Origin: a virus
Taxonomy: Duplodnaviria > Caudoviricetes
DNA length: 64,000 bases
IMG/VR virus record: IMGVR_UViG_3300050034_000334
Reading direction: 5' to 3' (one strand)
Positions 9,814-19,135 of the stretch are shown here, piece after piece. The notes under the pieces were generated by a model, which saw nothing but the letters and a program-made list of their open reading frames with translations, was not told the origin of the DNA and searched no databases. Positions within the stretch are counted from its first letter, which is position 1. Each line of letters opens with the position of its first letter. A program made the position numbers and the translations under genes.

Positions 9814-12192
9814 ATGATTATCGAACACAAGGGAACCAAGACAGTGTCCGGTGGAGCAGTTGGAGTAGCCTCCGACTTTGCGATCAACAACACTGCTATG
9901 GCTTTCAAGATTCTGTCCAGCAAGCTCTACACTGACAAGATCTTGGCCCCAATTCGCGAACTGGCCTGCAATGCGTACGATGCGCATGTAGCTGCCGGCA
10001 CTCCGGCACTGCCTTTCGAAATCAATCTGCCCACATCCTTTGACCCCATGTTCCGCATCAAGGACAGCGGCATCGGCCTGGATGACGAAGGCATCAAGAC
10101 GCTGTACTGCCGCTATTTCAGCAGCAACAAGTCAGCTTCCAACGAGTTTGTCGGAGCGATGGGCCTGGGTTCCAAGAGCCCATTTGCCTACACCGAAGGA
10201 TTCACGGTCATTTCGATCTTCAACAAGACCAAGCGCACTTACGATGCTCACCTGAGCGAAGAAGGCATTCCGGAAGTTCTGATGCTCTCCGAAGAGACGA
10301 CCACTGATCATAATGGTCTTGAGGTCAGCTTCCCGGTGCCTCCTCACGATTTCTATGAGTTCCAGAACAAGGCTCGCATCGCGACTGAGTTCATCGAGCC
10401 TCGTCCGATCGTCAACATCAAGCACTTCACCTTCACGGACACCGAGTATGTCGTGAAGACTGACCTGTGGGGCATCCGCAAGGAGCCGAAGACTCACCAG
10501 ACCAATGGCGTCCGCGCGATTCAGGGCATGGTGGCCTATGCGGTTGGTACCATCGACGACAGCAAGACGAGCGATGCTCAGAAGCGCATCATGCAGATGC
10601 CGGTCGACCTGTTCTTTCAGATTGGCGACCTGGATGTCGCAGCCTCTCGTGAGACCCTCGACAACACCAAGCGCACCGTGGCCAATGTTCTGTCACTGGT
10701 CGACGAGGTTTATGCCGGCCTGGTGGATGAGCTCAAGGCAAAGCTGAACACCGCACAGTCTTCGTGGGAAGCTCGCCTCATGCTCCGCCAGATGCACGAT
10801 TCACCGCTCAAGGAAGTGGTCAAGGCGGCGGAGAAGGCTGGCGACATCTGGGGCATCTACGACAACTTCACGCTGGCAAAGAACAAGCCCACCATCAATG
10901 AGATGGATTACGAGCATCTCACGATCGCTCGCTTCCAGCAGATGAAGCGTCGCGACAAGTATGCCAAGTATGCGACCAAGAACTTCCTCTTCAAGCAGAA
11001 GGGGAGCCAGGTCTACCAGACCGCCGTTCAGAGTATCTCATCTGGTCTACAGACTCGCGACATCCTCGACGTTCCTTTTGAAGTTTCTCCGGACATGCTC
11101 TTCGTCCTGAACGACATCAAGGGTGGTGGCGAGAAGTATGTCCACTATTTGCTCCAGCAGGATCCGGATGTCACCAACAACTATCCTGGCATCGTGGAAG
11201 TCTACATGCTGACCACCGGCTCTTCCAAGGACGATCAGGCCGCGATGATCACTGACGCGGCTGCGCTTGTCAAGGAAATCGGCAGCCCGAAGGTCATCTC
11301 GATGTCCGCTCTCAAGGCTTTGTATGGCCCGTTTGTGGATATCCCGAAGCCGAAGTATAGCACTGGCTTGCCTCGTGAGCGCAAGAGCGTTCTCTCGCTC
11401 AAGTTCAAGGGAAAGTACAGTTCATTCCGTGGAGGCGACACTTACAGCTTCTACACCAATTGGGTGCGTGCTCAGGAGTCGGAGTTTGGAGCGGTCAACT
11501 ACTACTTCATCCTGACCGACAACCAGAAGCCGACTTGGGGAAACACCGGCGATAACACCAATGGTATGTGGTCGACCTGCGAGACGATGGTTGGGTTCTT
11601 GAAGAAGGTTCGCGACTGTGGTTTCTACGGTCTGACACCTTCCACCCCAGTATTCGGTCTCAAGGCCAACAGCAAATTGATTGGTCAGCCGGACTGGGTC
11701 AACCTGGGCCAGCACATTGAGGCTCACACGAAGGTCCTGATGAGCGATGTCAAACAGCACGAGATGTCTCTCTTCCTGAGTGGCAATCAGGCTAGCAATC
11801 AGGACATGTGGCTCAAGGTTTCCAGCCGCAAGCTGATTCCGCTGTGCTCACCGGCTCGCAAGTTCGCCGACGACTATGCGGTTGTGGTTCGTGGATACGA
11901 GGACGAGAAGAACAAGATCCTGATCGACATTCTTCGCTTCCTCATGCAGCACAATCTCTGGAAGACGACGATCAAGCTGCCGAATTTTGAGAAGCTGGAA
12001 AAGGAACTTCACACCATCTATCCTCTTCTCGCTTTCATCCCGGATACCCGTTGGGAGGAAACTCGTGGTAGAGTACTCCAGAGGGCAGTTGACTACGTCG
12101 CTTTGATTGACGAGACCAACGAAGCCAAAGACAACATCTACATCACGTTCGAAACATTCGAAGAGGAGAATGAGCATGTCAGCATCAGCTAG
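9814..12192 (+). CDS. rIIA: rIIA-like protein (N-terminal GHKL ATPase)
   Basis: LYTDKILAPIRELACNAYDA, IKDSGIG, GAMGLGSKSPFAYT, DVAASRETL; adjacent rIIB-like gene. Confidence 0.85.
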   Translation: MIIEHKGTKTVSGGAVGVASDFAINNTAMAFKILSSKLYTDKILAPIRELACNAYDAHVAAGTPALPFEINLPTSFDPMFRIKDSGIGLDDEGIKTLYCRYFSSNKSASNEFVGAMGLGSKSPFAYTEGFTVISIFNKTKRTYDAHLSEEGIPEVLMLSEETTTDHNGLEVSFPVPPHDFYEFQNKARIATEFIEPRPIVNIKHFTFTDTEYVVKTDLWGIRKEPKTHQTNGVRAIQGMVAYAVGTIDDSKTSDAQKRIMQMPVDLFFQIGDLDVAASRETLDNTKRTVANVLSLVDEVYAGLVDELKAKLNTAQSSWEARLMLRQMHDSPLKEVVKAAEKAGDIWGIYDNFTLAKNKPTINEMDYEHLTIARFQQMKRRDKYAKYATKNFLFKQKGSQVYQTAVQSISSGLQTRDILDVPFEVSPDMLFVLNDIKGGGEKYVHYLLQQDPDVTNNYPGIVEVYMLTTGSSKDDQAAMITDAAALVKEIGSPKVISMSALKALYGPFVDIPKPKYSTGLPRERKSVLSLKFKGKYSSFRGGDTYSFYTNWVRAQESEFGAVNYYFILTDNQKPTWGNTGDNTNGMWSTCETMVGFLKKVRDCGFYGLTPSTPVFGLKANSKLIGQPDWVNLGQHIEAHTKVLMSDVKQHEMSLFLSGNQASNQDMWLKVSSRKLIPLCSPARKFADDYAVVVRGYEDEKNKILIDILRFLMQHNLWKTTIKLPNFEKLEKELHTIYPLLAFIPDTRWEETRGRVLQRAVDYVALIDETNEAKDNIYITFETFEEENEHVSIS

Positions 12193-13663
12193 CAAGAAAG
12201 CGCGCAAGCCCAGCCCTGAGGCTGCCGCTCTTCGCAATCAGAAGCGTCGCGATCAGCGTGCAGCTGCCAAGGTCACCCCGAAGGCGACCGTGGTGAAGAA
12301 GACCAAGAAGGTCGCCAAGAAGGCCAAGAAGGAAAAGGTTCTGGCGATCGCCGACTTGCACCGTCCCGTCAAGAAGACCTTTGGCCAGCACATTATCGTT
12401 GGTCCCGTGACCGGCAAGACCCTCCCCTTCGTAGTGAAGGAATCCTATCTGTCAATCGGTATGCCGGGTCGCCCTTTCCAGATGACCAGTGCTCACCCGA
12501 TGTTCGAGCAGCTTGCGGACGTTCTCCGCAACGGTCAGTTCGACGAGGTCCCGAAGCTGGTTCTCACGGCAGAAGGTCTGGCCAACCGCACGGCTGGCAA
12601 GGTCACCTTCGAAAAGGGAGTGATCTCGTACGAGGGCACGGAAGTCCACAGCACGCTGGCAAGCTACATCTGCAAGCTGGCCGATGAGGGCAAGGATGTG
12701 GCCAAGTTCGTCCTGTTCATGGACAACCTGTACAAGAATCCTTCCAAGGACTCCATTACCGAACTGTTCGACTTCCTGACTCGCGGCCTGACCGGCAATG
12801 AGCCGGTGCCGATCACTGACGACGGCTGCTTCCTCGTCTACAAGGCTGTTCGCGCAGACTTCAAGGATTGCCACACCGGCACCATCAACAACGAGCCGGG
12901 ACAGGTAGTCATGATGCCGCGCAAGCGCGTCGACGACGACCGTCGTAACGAGTGCTCGAACGGTCTTCACGTTTGCCGTCGTTCGTACCTGAACAACTTT
13001 GGCAGCGGTGGCAAGGTGATGGAAGTCAAGGTCAACCCGAAGGACGTGGTCAGCATTCCGCAGGACTACAACAGCGCGAAGATGCGCGTGGCTGAGTACG
13101 AGGTTCTTCGCGAACTCACCAAGGACACCGAGCGCAGCGTCATCGAGACCGAAGGCCACAAGCGTATGAATCAGTCGATGGTCGAGGTATTCAAGGAGCG
13201 CCAGGAACTTCTGGCCGCTGTCTTGGCTCACTCCAACATCAAGCGCAATATTCGTGACGGCAAGATCGCCGAGACCACGATCAGGAAGATGACCTTTGGC
13301 CGCCTGGAGAAGTTGTACGACTCGCTGCCGAAGAAGGAAGAGAAGAAGGCTCCTTCCGGTCCCTTCACGACCGCACCGCAGGGTGCACTTCACGGCAATC
13401 CGCTTCGTGCATCTCGCGAAGCTGCCGGACTGAGCATCAAGCAGATGGCTGAGGCACTGGACATCACCGCCAGTTCCGTCTACAAGACGGAGAAGAAGGA
13501 CACGGTCACTCAGGCCGCGTTCGACTCCTGGATGATCGCGATTCAGGAACTGACGGATACCAAGGCTGCGGTCAGCTTCCCGAAGCCGGTCTACAGCCGC
13601 ATCACGATGGGCAAGGCTCGTGGCGTGTTCGATGCTCTGAACACCGCTCCGGTCGCGCTGTAA
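12176..13663 (+). CDS. rIIB: rIIB-like protein with Lys-rich N-terminus and C-terminal XRE-type HTH
   Basis: NPSKDSITELFDFL, PITDDGCFLVYKAV, CSNGLHVC, VKVNPKDVVSIPQDYNSAKMRVAEYEV; LRASREAAGLSIKQMAEALDIT. Confidence 0.85.
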   Translation: MSASASKKARKPSPEAAALRNQKRRDQRAAAKVTPKATVVKKTKKVAKKAKKEKVLAIADLHRPVKKTFGQHIIVGPVTGKTLPFVVKESYLSIGMPGRPFQMTSAHPMFEQLADVLRNGQFDEVPKLVLTAEGLANRTAGKVTFEKGVISYEGTEVHSTLASYICKLADEGKDVAKFVLFMDNLYKNPSKDSITELFDFLTRGLTGNEPVPITDDGCFLVYKAVRADFKDCHTGTINNEPGQVVMMPRKRVDDDRRNECSNGLHVCRRSYLNNFGSGGKVMEVKVNPKDVVSIPQDYNSAKMRVAEYEVLRELTKDTERSVIETEGHKRMNQSMVEVFKERQELLAAVLAHSNIKRNIRDGKIAETTIRKMTFGRLEKLYDSLPKKEEKKAPSGPFTTAPQGALHGNPLRASREAAGLSIKQMAEALDITASSVYKTEKKDTVTQAAFDSWMIAIQELTDTKAAVSFPKPVYSRITMGKARGVFDALNTAPVAL

Positions 13664-13674
13664 TCCCAACAAAT

Positions 13675-13705
13675 GAGGGTGCTTCGGCACCCTCCATTTC
13701 CTTTT
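13675..13705 (+). terminator. Intrinsic terminator
   Basis: GAGGGTGC-TTCG-GCACCCTC followed by T-rich tract. Confidence 0.75.
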
Positions 13706-13715
13706 CGGAGAAGAT

Positions 13716-14174
13716 ATGCCGAGTTTTGTCAAGTTTGCGTACACTGTGGAAGCTGAGGTCACCTTCACCAGAGAAGAGTACCTGCTCCTCATTGAGCTCG
13801 CCAAGATGCACTACGACTACACCTGCCAAAATGCTGGGCTCAAGGGTGGTGAGTATCATCCCAAACGCTGCTCTGAGAGTCGAGAGAACGGCTTCCTGAC
13901 CATACTGGAGATGTTCCCGACCACTCCCGAATACACCACGACCGTCTGGCCATTCCGCAACTTTGACATCACGATGAAGATCCTCGAGCAGAGGCAGATG
14001 ATGCCCTACAGGCACAAGGAAATTCTTGACCGCATCGTCACGGAAATCTCCAAGATCATGCACCAGATTCAGGACGAGCACATGGCTCTTTGCCGGCGAC
14101 AAATTGATCGAATGACTCAAAGCCCAACCGTTCAGGAACTCATCGATCATGCTGGTGTTTCTGCCTCTGATTGA
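13716..14174 (+). CDS. Hypothetical protein
   Basis: GGAG SD, 152-aa ORF. Confidence 0.65.
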   Translation: MPSFVKFAYTVEAEVTFTREEYLLLIELAKMHYDYTCQNAGLKGGEYHPKRCSESRENGFLTILEMFPTTPEYTTTVWPFRNFDITMKILEQRQMMPYRHKEILDRIVTEISKIMHQIQDEHMALCRRQIDRMTQSPTVQELIDHAGVSASD

Positions 14175-14185
14175 AAGGATATTAC

Positions 14186-14596
14186 ATGGAAAAGGTCACA
14201 TCCAACAACCGTGCAACTCTCGTCCGCGACGTCCTGATGGACTGTCTCTACAAGGATGAGGAGATCACCAACGGGGAAGCTCCCGAAGGCACCATTGTGG
14301 TCGAAGGCATTATGAACAAGATGGGTCTGAATCCGAAGAAGGTGGAACTCCACCGGGCGGACATCAGGCAGTTGCTGGAGGGCCTTCCGAGAGTGTTCTA
14401 CAAACAGACTGGAGGAGGATACTCGTTTCTCGGTCTTTGTGAGGATGCCGAAGGAAACCAGTGGGGAGAACACAGGAACATGGATGAACTCTGCGTCTTG
14501 GCCCAAGCAGTGAAGATGGGCAGCTGGTGCCTTCCAAGGGACATGTGGAGTGCTCTACCGGACGGAATGCCCTATGTCGTATTCGATTTGACATGA
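14186..14596 (+). CDS. Conserved-looking hypothetical phage protein
   Basis: AAAGGA SD; GGGYSF..LC.D..G.QW motif. Confidence 0.7.
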   Translation: MEKVTSNNRATLVRDVLMDCLYKDEEITNGEAPEGTIVVEGIMNKMGLNPKKVELHRADIRQLLEGLPRVFYKQTGGGYSFLGLCEDAEGNQWGEHRNMDELCVLAQAVKMGSWCLPRDMWSALPDGMPYVVFDLT

Positions 14597-14608
14597 GAAG
14601 GAGAAGTC

Positions 14609-14728
14609 ATGTACGTTGCCATTTTGATTGTCGTGGCAGTGTATCTGTTGATCGCTCTTAAGCCGAGAGGGGAACTCGCTACCGAGAAGAGATTGTTCAA
14701 CAAGCACTTTCATGAACACTATCAATAA
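14609..14728 (+). CDS. Small membrane protein (39 aa)
   Basis: AGGAG SD; MYVAILIVVAVYLLIALKPRG; found manually. Confidence 0.5.
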   Translation: MYVAILIVVAVYLLIALKPRGELATEKRLFNKHFHEHYQ

Positions 14729-14755
14729 CCGAAACTCGTGCGAACTCCGTAGAGA
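14726..14755 (+). promoter_or_regulatory. Phage promoter motif TAACCG-N18-TAGAGA
   Basis: ATG 14761 lies 5 nt downstream. Confidence 0.75.
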
Positions 14756-14760
14756 GTTCT

Positions 14761-15363
14761 ATGCGAAAGGTCGGTCTATACACGAAGAGTTCACGCGGTC
14801 AGTTCGACTGCGTCCGGTGCGCTGACCAGATTGTAGCCAAGCAGAAGTATTACGAGTGGACCCTGGGTGGTCAGTTCGTCCGCTGCCATGAGTTTCACGG
14901 GTCCCACACCGCGTGTGACCTCCTGACCTACACGGATGGTGGCAAACAGGCAGCAGGGTTCAACGAGTACAAGGATTGCACAGTTCGCGCTCTGGCTTGC
15001 GCACTCGACCTGCCCTATGATGAGGCACACGAGTATCTGCGCTTGAAAGGTCGGAAGGATCGCAAAGGATTCCATTGTCAGCCGGTATTCAACACCTACA
15101 ACCGGAATGGCAAGATGCTGGTAGGAGACAGCCCAAAGATTCGATTCAAGTGGGACGACGCAATCAACAAGATGCGGAGAATTACCATCAGTGGACCGGC
15201 ATCAGTGGGTCAGTTTATCGCCCAGGCCGATTCCAGTAAGAGGTACATCGTCCTGGTGAACGGTCACGCATTCGCAGTTGTTGGTGGCAAGATCATGGAC
15301 TCGTTTGATGTTCAACTCCGCCGCCGTGTCAAGAAGTTCTGGGAAGTAAAAGAGGCAGCATGA
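14761..15363 (+). CDS. Hypothetical protein, Zn-finger plus putative papain-like Cys-His-Asp domain
   Basis: CVRC..CH; DCTVRALA...VNGHAFAV..DS. Confidence 0.6.
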   Translation: MRKVGLYTKSSRGQFDCVRCADQIVAKQKYYEWTLGGQFVRCHEFHGSHTACDLLTYTDGGKQAAGFNEYKDCTVRALACALDLPYDEAHEYLRLKGRKDRKGFHCQPVFNTYNRNGKMLVGDSPKIRFKWDDAINKMRRITISGPASVGQFIAQADSSKRYIVLVNGHAFAVVGGKIMDSFDVQLRRRVKKFWEVKEAA

Positions 15364-15554
15364 TCGGAATAGTTTTGACTGTAGTGTTTGCCCTGGCTCT
15401 GTGTATTTACACGGAACCTCGTCCTCAGGTATGGTTCTACAGCAGGATGAATGGTTGCTGGATCAAGTTGATTCAGAATGGTCGCTATCGAAACGAAACA
15501 GCCATCAGATTTTTCAAGAAAAGAGGCACTCCGGCTGTAATAGTTTACCGATAG
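15360..15554 (+). CDS. Small protein with N-terminal hydrophobic helix
   Basis: ATGA overlap; MIGIVLTVVFALALC. Confidence 0.6.
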   Translation: MIGIVLTVVFALALCIYTEPRPQVWFYSRMNGCWIKLIQNGRYRNETAIRFFKKRGTPAVIVYR

Positions 15555-15555
15555 T

Positions 15556-15585
15556 TACCCGTTCTGACACTCACATCAGTAGAGA
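15556..15585 (+). promoter_or_regulatory. Phage promoter motif TACCCG-N18-TAGAGA
   Basis: Upstream of ku. Confidence 0.75.
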
Positions 15586-15608
15586 GAACTGTAAAGGGAG
15601 AAACAAAA

Positions 15609-16568
15609 ATGGCTAAGAAAAACGAGACCGCTGTAATCGCGAACGATAGCAAAGAAGCCCAGATCGCCGCACTCACCGCGCAGCTTGCCGGTGGCGCTGC
15701 TGCTACTTCCGCTCCGGTCGCGTCCGGCGACTTCGCCAAGAAGGCTGCCAACCGTGCGACCAACAATCTGATGGTCAGCATGGGATTGCTCAGCTTCCCA
15801 ATCAAGGTCTACAAGGCGACCGAGGTTGACACGGTCAGCTTCAACAACCTTCACACCACCTGCCACCACGCTCTCAAGCAGCAGGATTACTACTGCCCCG
15901 AGTGCTCCACTCCCGAAAAGGTTGCCGTGGTCGCAAAGGACCAGATCGTCAAGGGATACGAGTACGAGAAAGGCAAGTTCGCCATCTTCACTCCGGAAGA
16001 GATCGCTGGTTGCAAGGTTGCCGCCGACGATAGCCTGGAGATCATCAAGTTCGTCGACGAAAGCACGATCGACCCAATCTTCTACGAGTCGTCCTACTTC
16101 GTCGGACCGGACAAGGGTGCGGAAATGCAGTTCGCCCTGCTTCGCGCTGGCATGACCAAGACCGGCAAGGTTGCAATCGGCAAGGTTGCTCTCAAGGGTC
16201 GCGAGCAGACCGTGGTCATTCGCCCCTATGGCGATCGTGGCCTCATCCTGAACTACCTCTACTTCGACTACGAAGTTCGCTCCTTCGCCGGATGGGACAA
16301 GGTCCCGAACGCGGACGCACTCAGCGAGAAGTTCATGGCCGTCGCCACTCAGCTGGTCGACATGATGACCGAAGACTTCGCTCCCGAGACCATGAGCGAT
16401 TCGTACCTGGTCAACGCTCGCAAACTGATCAGCGCCAAGGCTGCCGGCCTGACCGCTCCCGTCATTGTCAAGGCTGCTGCCAAGGATGCCTCTGCGGATC
16501 TGGAAGCTGCTCTTGAGGCTTCACTGAACGCTGCCAAGATCAAGAAGGCTTCCAAGAAGGCGGCATAA
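15609..16568 (+). CDS. ku: Ku DNA end-binding protein (NHEJ)
   Basis: SMGLLSFPIKVYKAT, VSFNNLH..C, IVKGYEYEKG, IDPIFYESSYFVGP, ALLRAGM..TGKVAIG, LYFDYEVR; basic tail. Confidence 0.92.
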   Translation: MAKKNETAVIANDSKEAQIAALTAQLAGGAAATSAPVASGDFAKKAANRATNNLMVSMGLLSFPIKVYKATEVDTVSFNNLHTTCHHALKQQDYYCPECSTPEKVAVVAKDQIVKGYEYEKGKFAIFTPEEIAGCKVAADDSLEIIKFVDESTIDPIFYESSYFVGPDKGAEMQFALLRAGMTKTGKVAIGKVALKGREQTVVIRPYGDRGLILNYLYFDYEVRSFAGWDKVPNADALSEKFMAVATQLVDMMTEDFAPETMSDSYLVNARKLISAKAAGLTAPVIVKAAAKDASADLEAALEASLNAAKIKKASKKAA

Positions 16569-16577
16569 CTCTCTGGG

Positions 16578-16629
16578 GGAGGGTTAGAGCCTCCTTTTTG
16601 GACCCAGGGGAGGCGACTCCCCTGGTGTA
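16578..16629 (+). terminator. Tandem hairpins (double terminator) after ku
   Basis: GGAGG..CCTCC-TTTTT, then CCAGGGGAG-GCGA-CTCCCCTGG. Confidence 0.65.
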
Positions 16630-16651
16630 TTTTCAGTTTATGGAGTGAAAT

Positions 16652-16945
16652 ATGGCTCTTGCAGTAGCAGAACTCAAGAAATGGATCGACACCCTTCCGG
16701 AGAATGCCGAAGTGGCAATCGAACAGGGATGTCTGATTCAGGACCAAGGCTCTAAGGCTTGTATCATCGGCGGTCACACGTTCAAGGGGAAACCGGAAGG
16801 TCTGTTCTCGTCCCTGCTCGACTTCATCGTCAACGGTGTCCATCCGACTGACTGGCACGTTCCTTGTGCCCGGTGCCATTTTGAAGGTCGTGTCCACGAT
16901 ACGATCGAAAGCTGCTGGCGGTACAAGAGGCCACCGGCCAAGTAG
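16652..16945 (+). CDS. Hypothetical protein
   Basis: GGAG SD; CARC motif. Confidence 0.6.
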   Translation: MALAVAELKKWIDTLPENAEVAIEQGCLIQDQGSKACIIGGHTFKGKPEGLFSSLLDFIVNGVHPTDWHVPCARCHFEGRVHDTIESCWRYKRPPAK

Positions 16946-16950
16946 GCACA

Positions 16951-17457
16951 ATGAAGAATGGTGTGATTTATCTTCTGAAATGCGTTGTCAGTGGGAAAGT
17001 TTATGTAGGCCAAACCACGCAACCTCTTCAGAAGTACCTGAGTTCATGTGTAAAAGAGGCGATGAAAGGCAGTAAGAACAAGCCTCATCTCTACGCTGCC
17101 ATCAGGAAATATGGAGAAGGAGATTTCTTCTGGTTTGTACTGACTGAGGCTTCTTCTCTTCGGCTGAACGATTTGGAAATTGCTTGGATAAGATCACTTC
17201 AAGCCACTGACCGTCTGATCGGTTATAACATAGCTCTCGGAGGCGGATCTGTTCATGGAGAGTTTTTAACCAAGGAACATCGTAGAAAGATTGCAGCCAG
17301 CTGTACGGGATTGACACGATCACCAGAAACTCGAGAAAAGATGCGTCTCGCAAAGTTGAAGGAATGGCAAGATCAAGCCTTTAGAGACAAAGTTCTCAAA
17401 GGTATTCGTCAACCCCACAAGATTAACCGCATCAGTTTGGATTCAGGTACATCCTGA
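16951..17457 (+). CDS. GIY-YIG homing endonuclease
   Basis: GVIYLL..KVYVGQT, HLYAAIRKYG, GYNIALGG, NUMOD3-like RSPETREKM. Confidence 0.85.
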   Translation: MKNGVIYLLKCVVSGKVYVGQTTQPLQKYLSSCVKEAMKGSKNKPHLYAAIRKYGEGDFFWFVLTEASSLRLNDLEIAWIRSLQATDRLIGYNIALGGGSVHGEFLTKEHRRKIAASCTGLTRSPETREKMRLAKLKEWQDQAFRDKVLKGIRQPHKINRISLDSGTS

Positions 17458-17461
17458 ATCC

Positions 17462-17514
17462 CAGGAGCCGGACACACGTCACCTTCCCTCCAAGTTGTTG
17501 ACGTCCGGCTCCTG
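17462..17514. other. Strong intergenic hairpin
   Basis: CAGGAGCCGGAC / GTCCGGCTCCTG perfect 12-bp arms. Confidence 0.6.
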
Positions 17515-17536
17515 ATTATTTTCAAAGGAGCAGGAA

Positions 17537-17896
17537 ATGTATCTGAAAATGCTTGAAGAGGAAATGCGCACGAGTGATCACTTCACCAAGGAAAACTTTG
17601 GACTGCAGATCGGCGATGGTTACCCGGACTTGGTGCGTGAGATAGTCAAGAGCGACAACCTCACAGGACGTCTCTTGATCGGACTGATCACGTCTTCTCT
17701 TTCTGGAAGAGAATTGGCTCTTTCCATGAAGAAGGGTATGGCTGAAAACCATCTGGACATCGGCAGTGTTATCCTCCAGAACATCAACATCTTCGATATG
17801 CCGCTTTCCATGCTATACTGGGGAATCCAGATCGGACGGAAACTCGAACAGGAGTCGGCAAGGTCGCTTGCAGAACTTGAGAAGCAGGGCAAATGA
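17537..17896 (+). CDS. Hypothetical protein
   Basis: AGGAG SD; coupled to next gene. Confidence 0.65.
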   Translation: MYLKMLEEEMRTSDHFTKENFGLQIGDGYPDLVREIVKSDNLTGRLLIGLITSSLSGRELALSMKKGMAENHLDIGSVILQNINIFDMPLSMLYWGIQIGRKLEQESARSLAELEKQGK

Positions 17897-18216
17897 ACTT
17901 CGACGATCCGCAGTTGAAGGAATACCTGGAGCATTTCGACCAAGAAGTGCTCCCTGAGATGAGGAGTTCGAAGATCTGCTTCGTCCTGCTCAGCGATCAC
18001 GTGGATGCCAAGATCTGCTTGGAGGTCGGCGCGGCGGTGCTTCTAGGCAAGCCGATGCTCGTCGCTACCCTTGGCGGTGCTGTCGTGCCAGATAACCTGC
18101 GCAGGTTCGCATCCGAGATCATCGAATTGAAGGATGGAACTCCAGGAAAATTCAGTATCGAAAGCCAGGTTGCCATGAAGGATGCCCTGGAGCGTATGAT
18201 TACGAAAGGTGTGTGA
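17893..18216 (+). CDS. Hypothetical protein (possible nucleoside deoxyribosyltransferase-like fold)
   Basis: ICLEVGAAVLLGKPMLV resembles ElG.A..lgKPv motif. Confidence 0.5.
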   Translation: MNFDDPQLKEYLEHFDQEVLPEMRSSKICFVLLSDHVDAKICLEVGAAVLLGKPMLVATLGGAVVPDNLRRFASEIIELKDGTPGKFSIESQVAMKDALERMITKGV

Positions 18217-18217
18217 T

Positions 18218-18592
18218 ATGGGTGGACTGTACAACATGCTGTTCGGAGTGAATCCGGCCTCCCACGTCATCCTCGCCACGCTGGGTCTCAATGTTCGCGA
18301 TGTGGGCCGGTTCCGTGACTGCTATGTCGCCAACGGAGAGATCGCAGTCTATACTCGCAATGGAGGCGGCAACCGCGAGGAGTACCAGGAGATCATCGAC
18401 AAGCTGGCTGAGCATCCCTGCTACCTTCGGGACGCTGACGATGACTTCGACTGCACTTATTGCACGATCTACTTCCGGTATCCCGAGGAGTGGGCTGAGG
18501 ATCTCAAGAAGATCGAGTCCAGCATTCCATTTGATCCGGATTCCCGGTGGAAGGCCATGCTGGATGCGATGAAAGCCAAGGAGCCGGTATGA
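18218..18592 (+). CDS. Hypothetical phage protein
   Basis: GRFRDCY..VYTRNGGGNRE..DDDFDCTYCTIYF. Confidence 0.7.
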   Translation: MGGLYNMLFGVNPASHVILATLGLNVRDVGRFRDCYVANGEIAVYTRNGGGNREEYQEIIDKLAEHPCYLRDADDDFDCTYCTIYFRYPEEWAEDLKKIESSIPFDPDSRWKAMLDAMKAKEPV

Positions 18593-18802
18593 GCTCTAAG
18601 ATTGGCATTATCATCACCAGCTACCATCCCGGAGAGTACAAGATCCACGGGAGAGTACAAGATCCACGCATCTCAGGGCCAGGGAGACATCGTTGTGAAG
18701 ACCAAGAAAACCTTGAAGAAGGCTATCAAGTGGATCAAGAAACACGATGGAGAGGCCAGCTTTGGCATTGAACTCCCAAATGGGACCTGGCACAAGTGGT
18801 GA
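18589..18802 (+). pseudogene. Small gene frameshifted by 19-bp tandem duplication
   Basis: Removing one GGAGAGTACAAGATCCACG copy gives a continuous 64-aa ORF MSSKIGIII...GTWHKW. Confidence 0.7.
18631..18668 (+). repeat. Perfect 19-bp tandem duplication
   Basis: GGAGAGTACAAGATCCACG x2. Confidence 0.95.
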
Positions 18803-18806
18803 AACC

Positions 18807-19103
18807 ATGAAGATGACTTGCTTGATGCACCGTGTGGTCTGTGGGTTCGGGTCGATGTGGGCCACCGACAAGATCTGTGTGGATTGTGGTCGGAGATTTG
18901 TCATGGGCCCATGGAATGCCATCATTCTTCCTGACACTCGCAAGAATGTTGTACTTGCCAACTATGCGGAGGGCATGCGCAAGAGACAGTTCCGTGGCGA
19001 GAAAGCAACGACGTTAGAGGATATGTACAAGTTGTTTGATGTGCAGATGCCTACTGATCCCTGTGAAGCCTTGATGCCAGACTTGAAGCATCCAGGAGAA
19101 TAA
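18807..19103 (+). CDS. Hypothetical protein
   Basis: CVDCG motif; follows previous stop. Confidence 0.55.
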   Translation: MKMTCLMHRVVCGFGSMWATDKICVDCGRRFVMGPWNAIILPDTRKNVVLANYAEGMRKRQFRGEKATTLEDMYKLFDVQMPTDPCEALMPDLKHPGE

Positions 19104-19130
19104 CTGGATCTGTCGTAACTGCCGTAGAGG
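19101..19130 (+). promoter_or_regulatory. Phage promoter motif TAACTG-N18-TAGAGG
   Basis: ATG 19136 lies 5 nt downstream. Confidence 0.7.
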
Positions 19131-19135
19131 AGTGT

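Noticed and set aside
12452-13804. 450-aa antisense ORF, plus other long shadow ORFs (26834-27778, 60124-61311, 30769-31629, 40746-41618, 2057-3004)
   Set aside because: They overlap well-supported genes and lack motifs or SD; consistent with codon bias producing stop-poor alternative frames.
15609-16568. KKA motifs in the Ku, rIIB, PolA and 26069 tails as protease sites
   Set aside because: They lie in generic Lys/Ala-rich DNA-binding tails, not at domain junctions, so they were not counted as support for the polyprotein motif.
16945-17540. Group I intron around the GIY-YIG gene and 17462-17514 hairpin
   Set aside because: Flanking ORFs look complete and unrelated, and no P7-like core was recognised; the hairpin is kept only as a structural feature.
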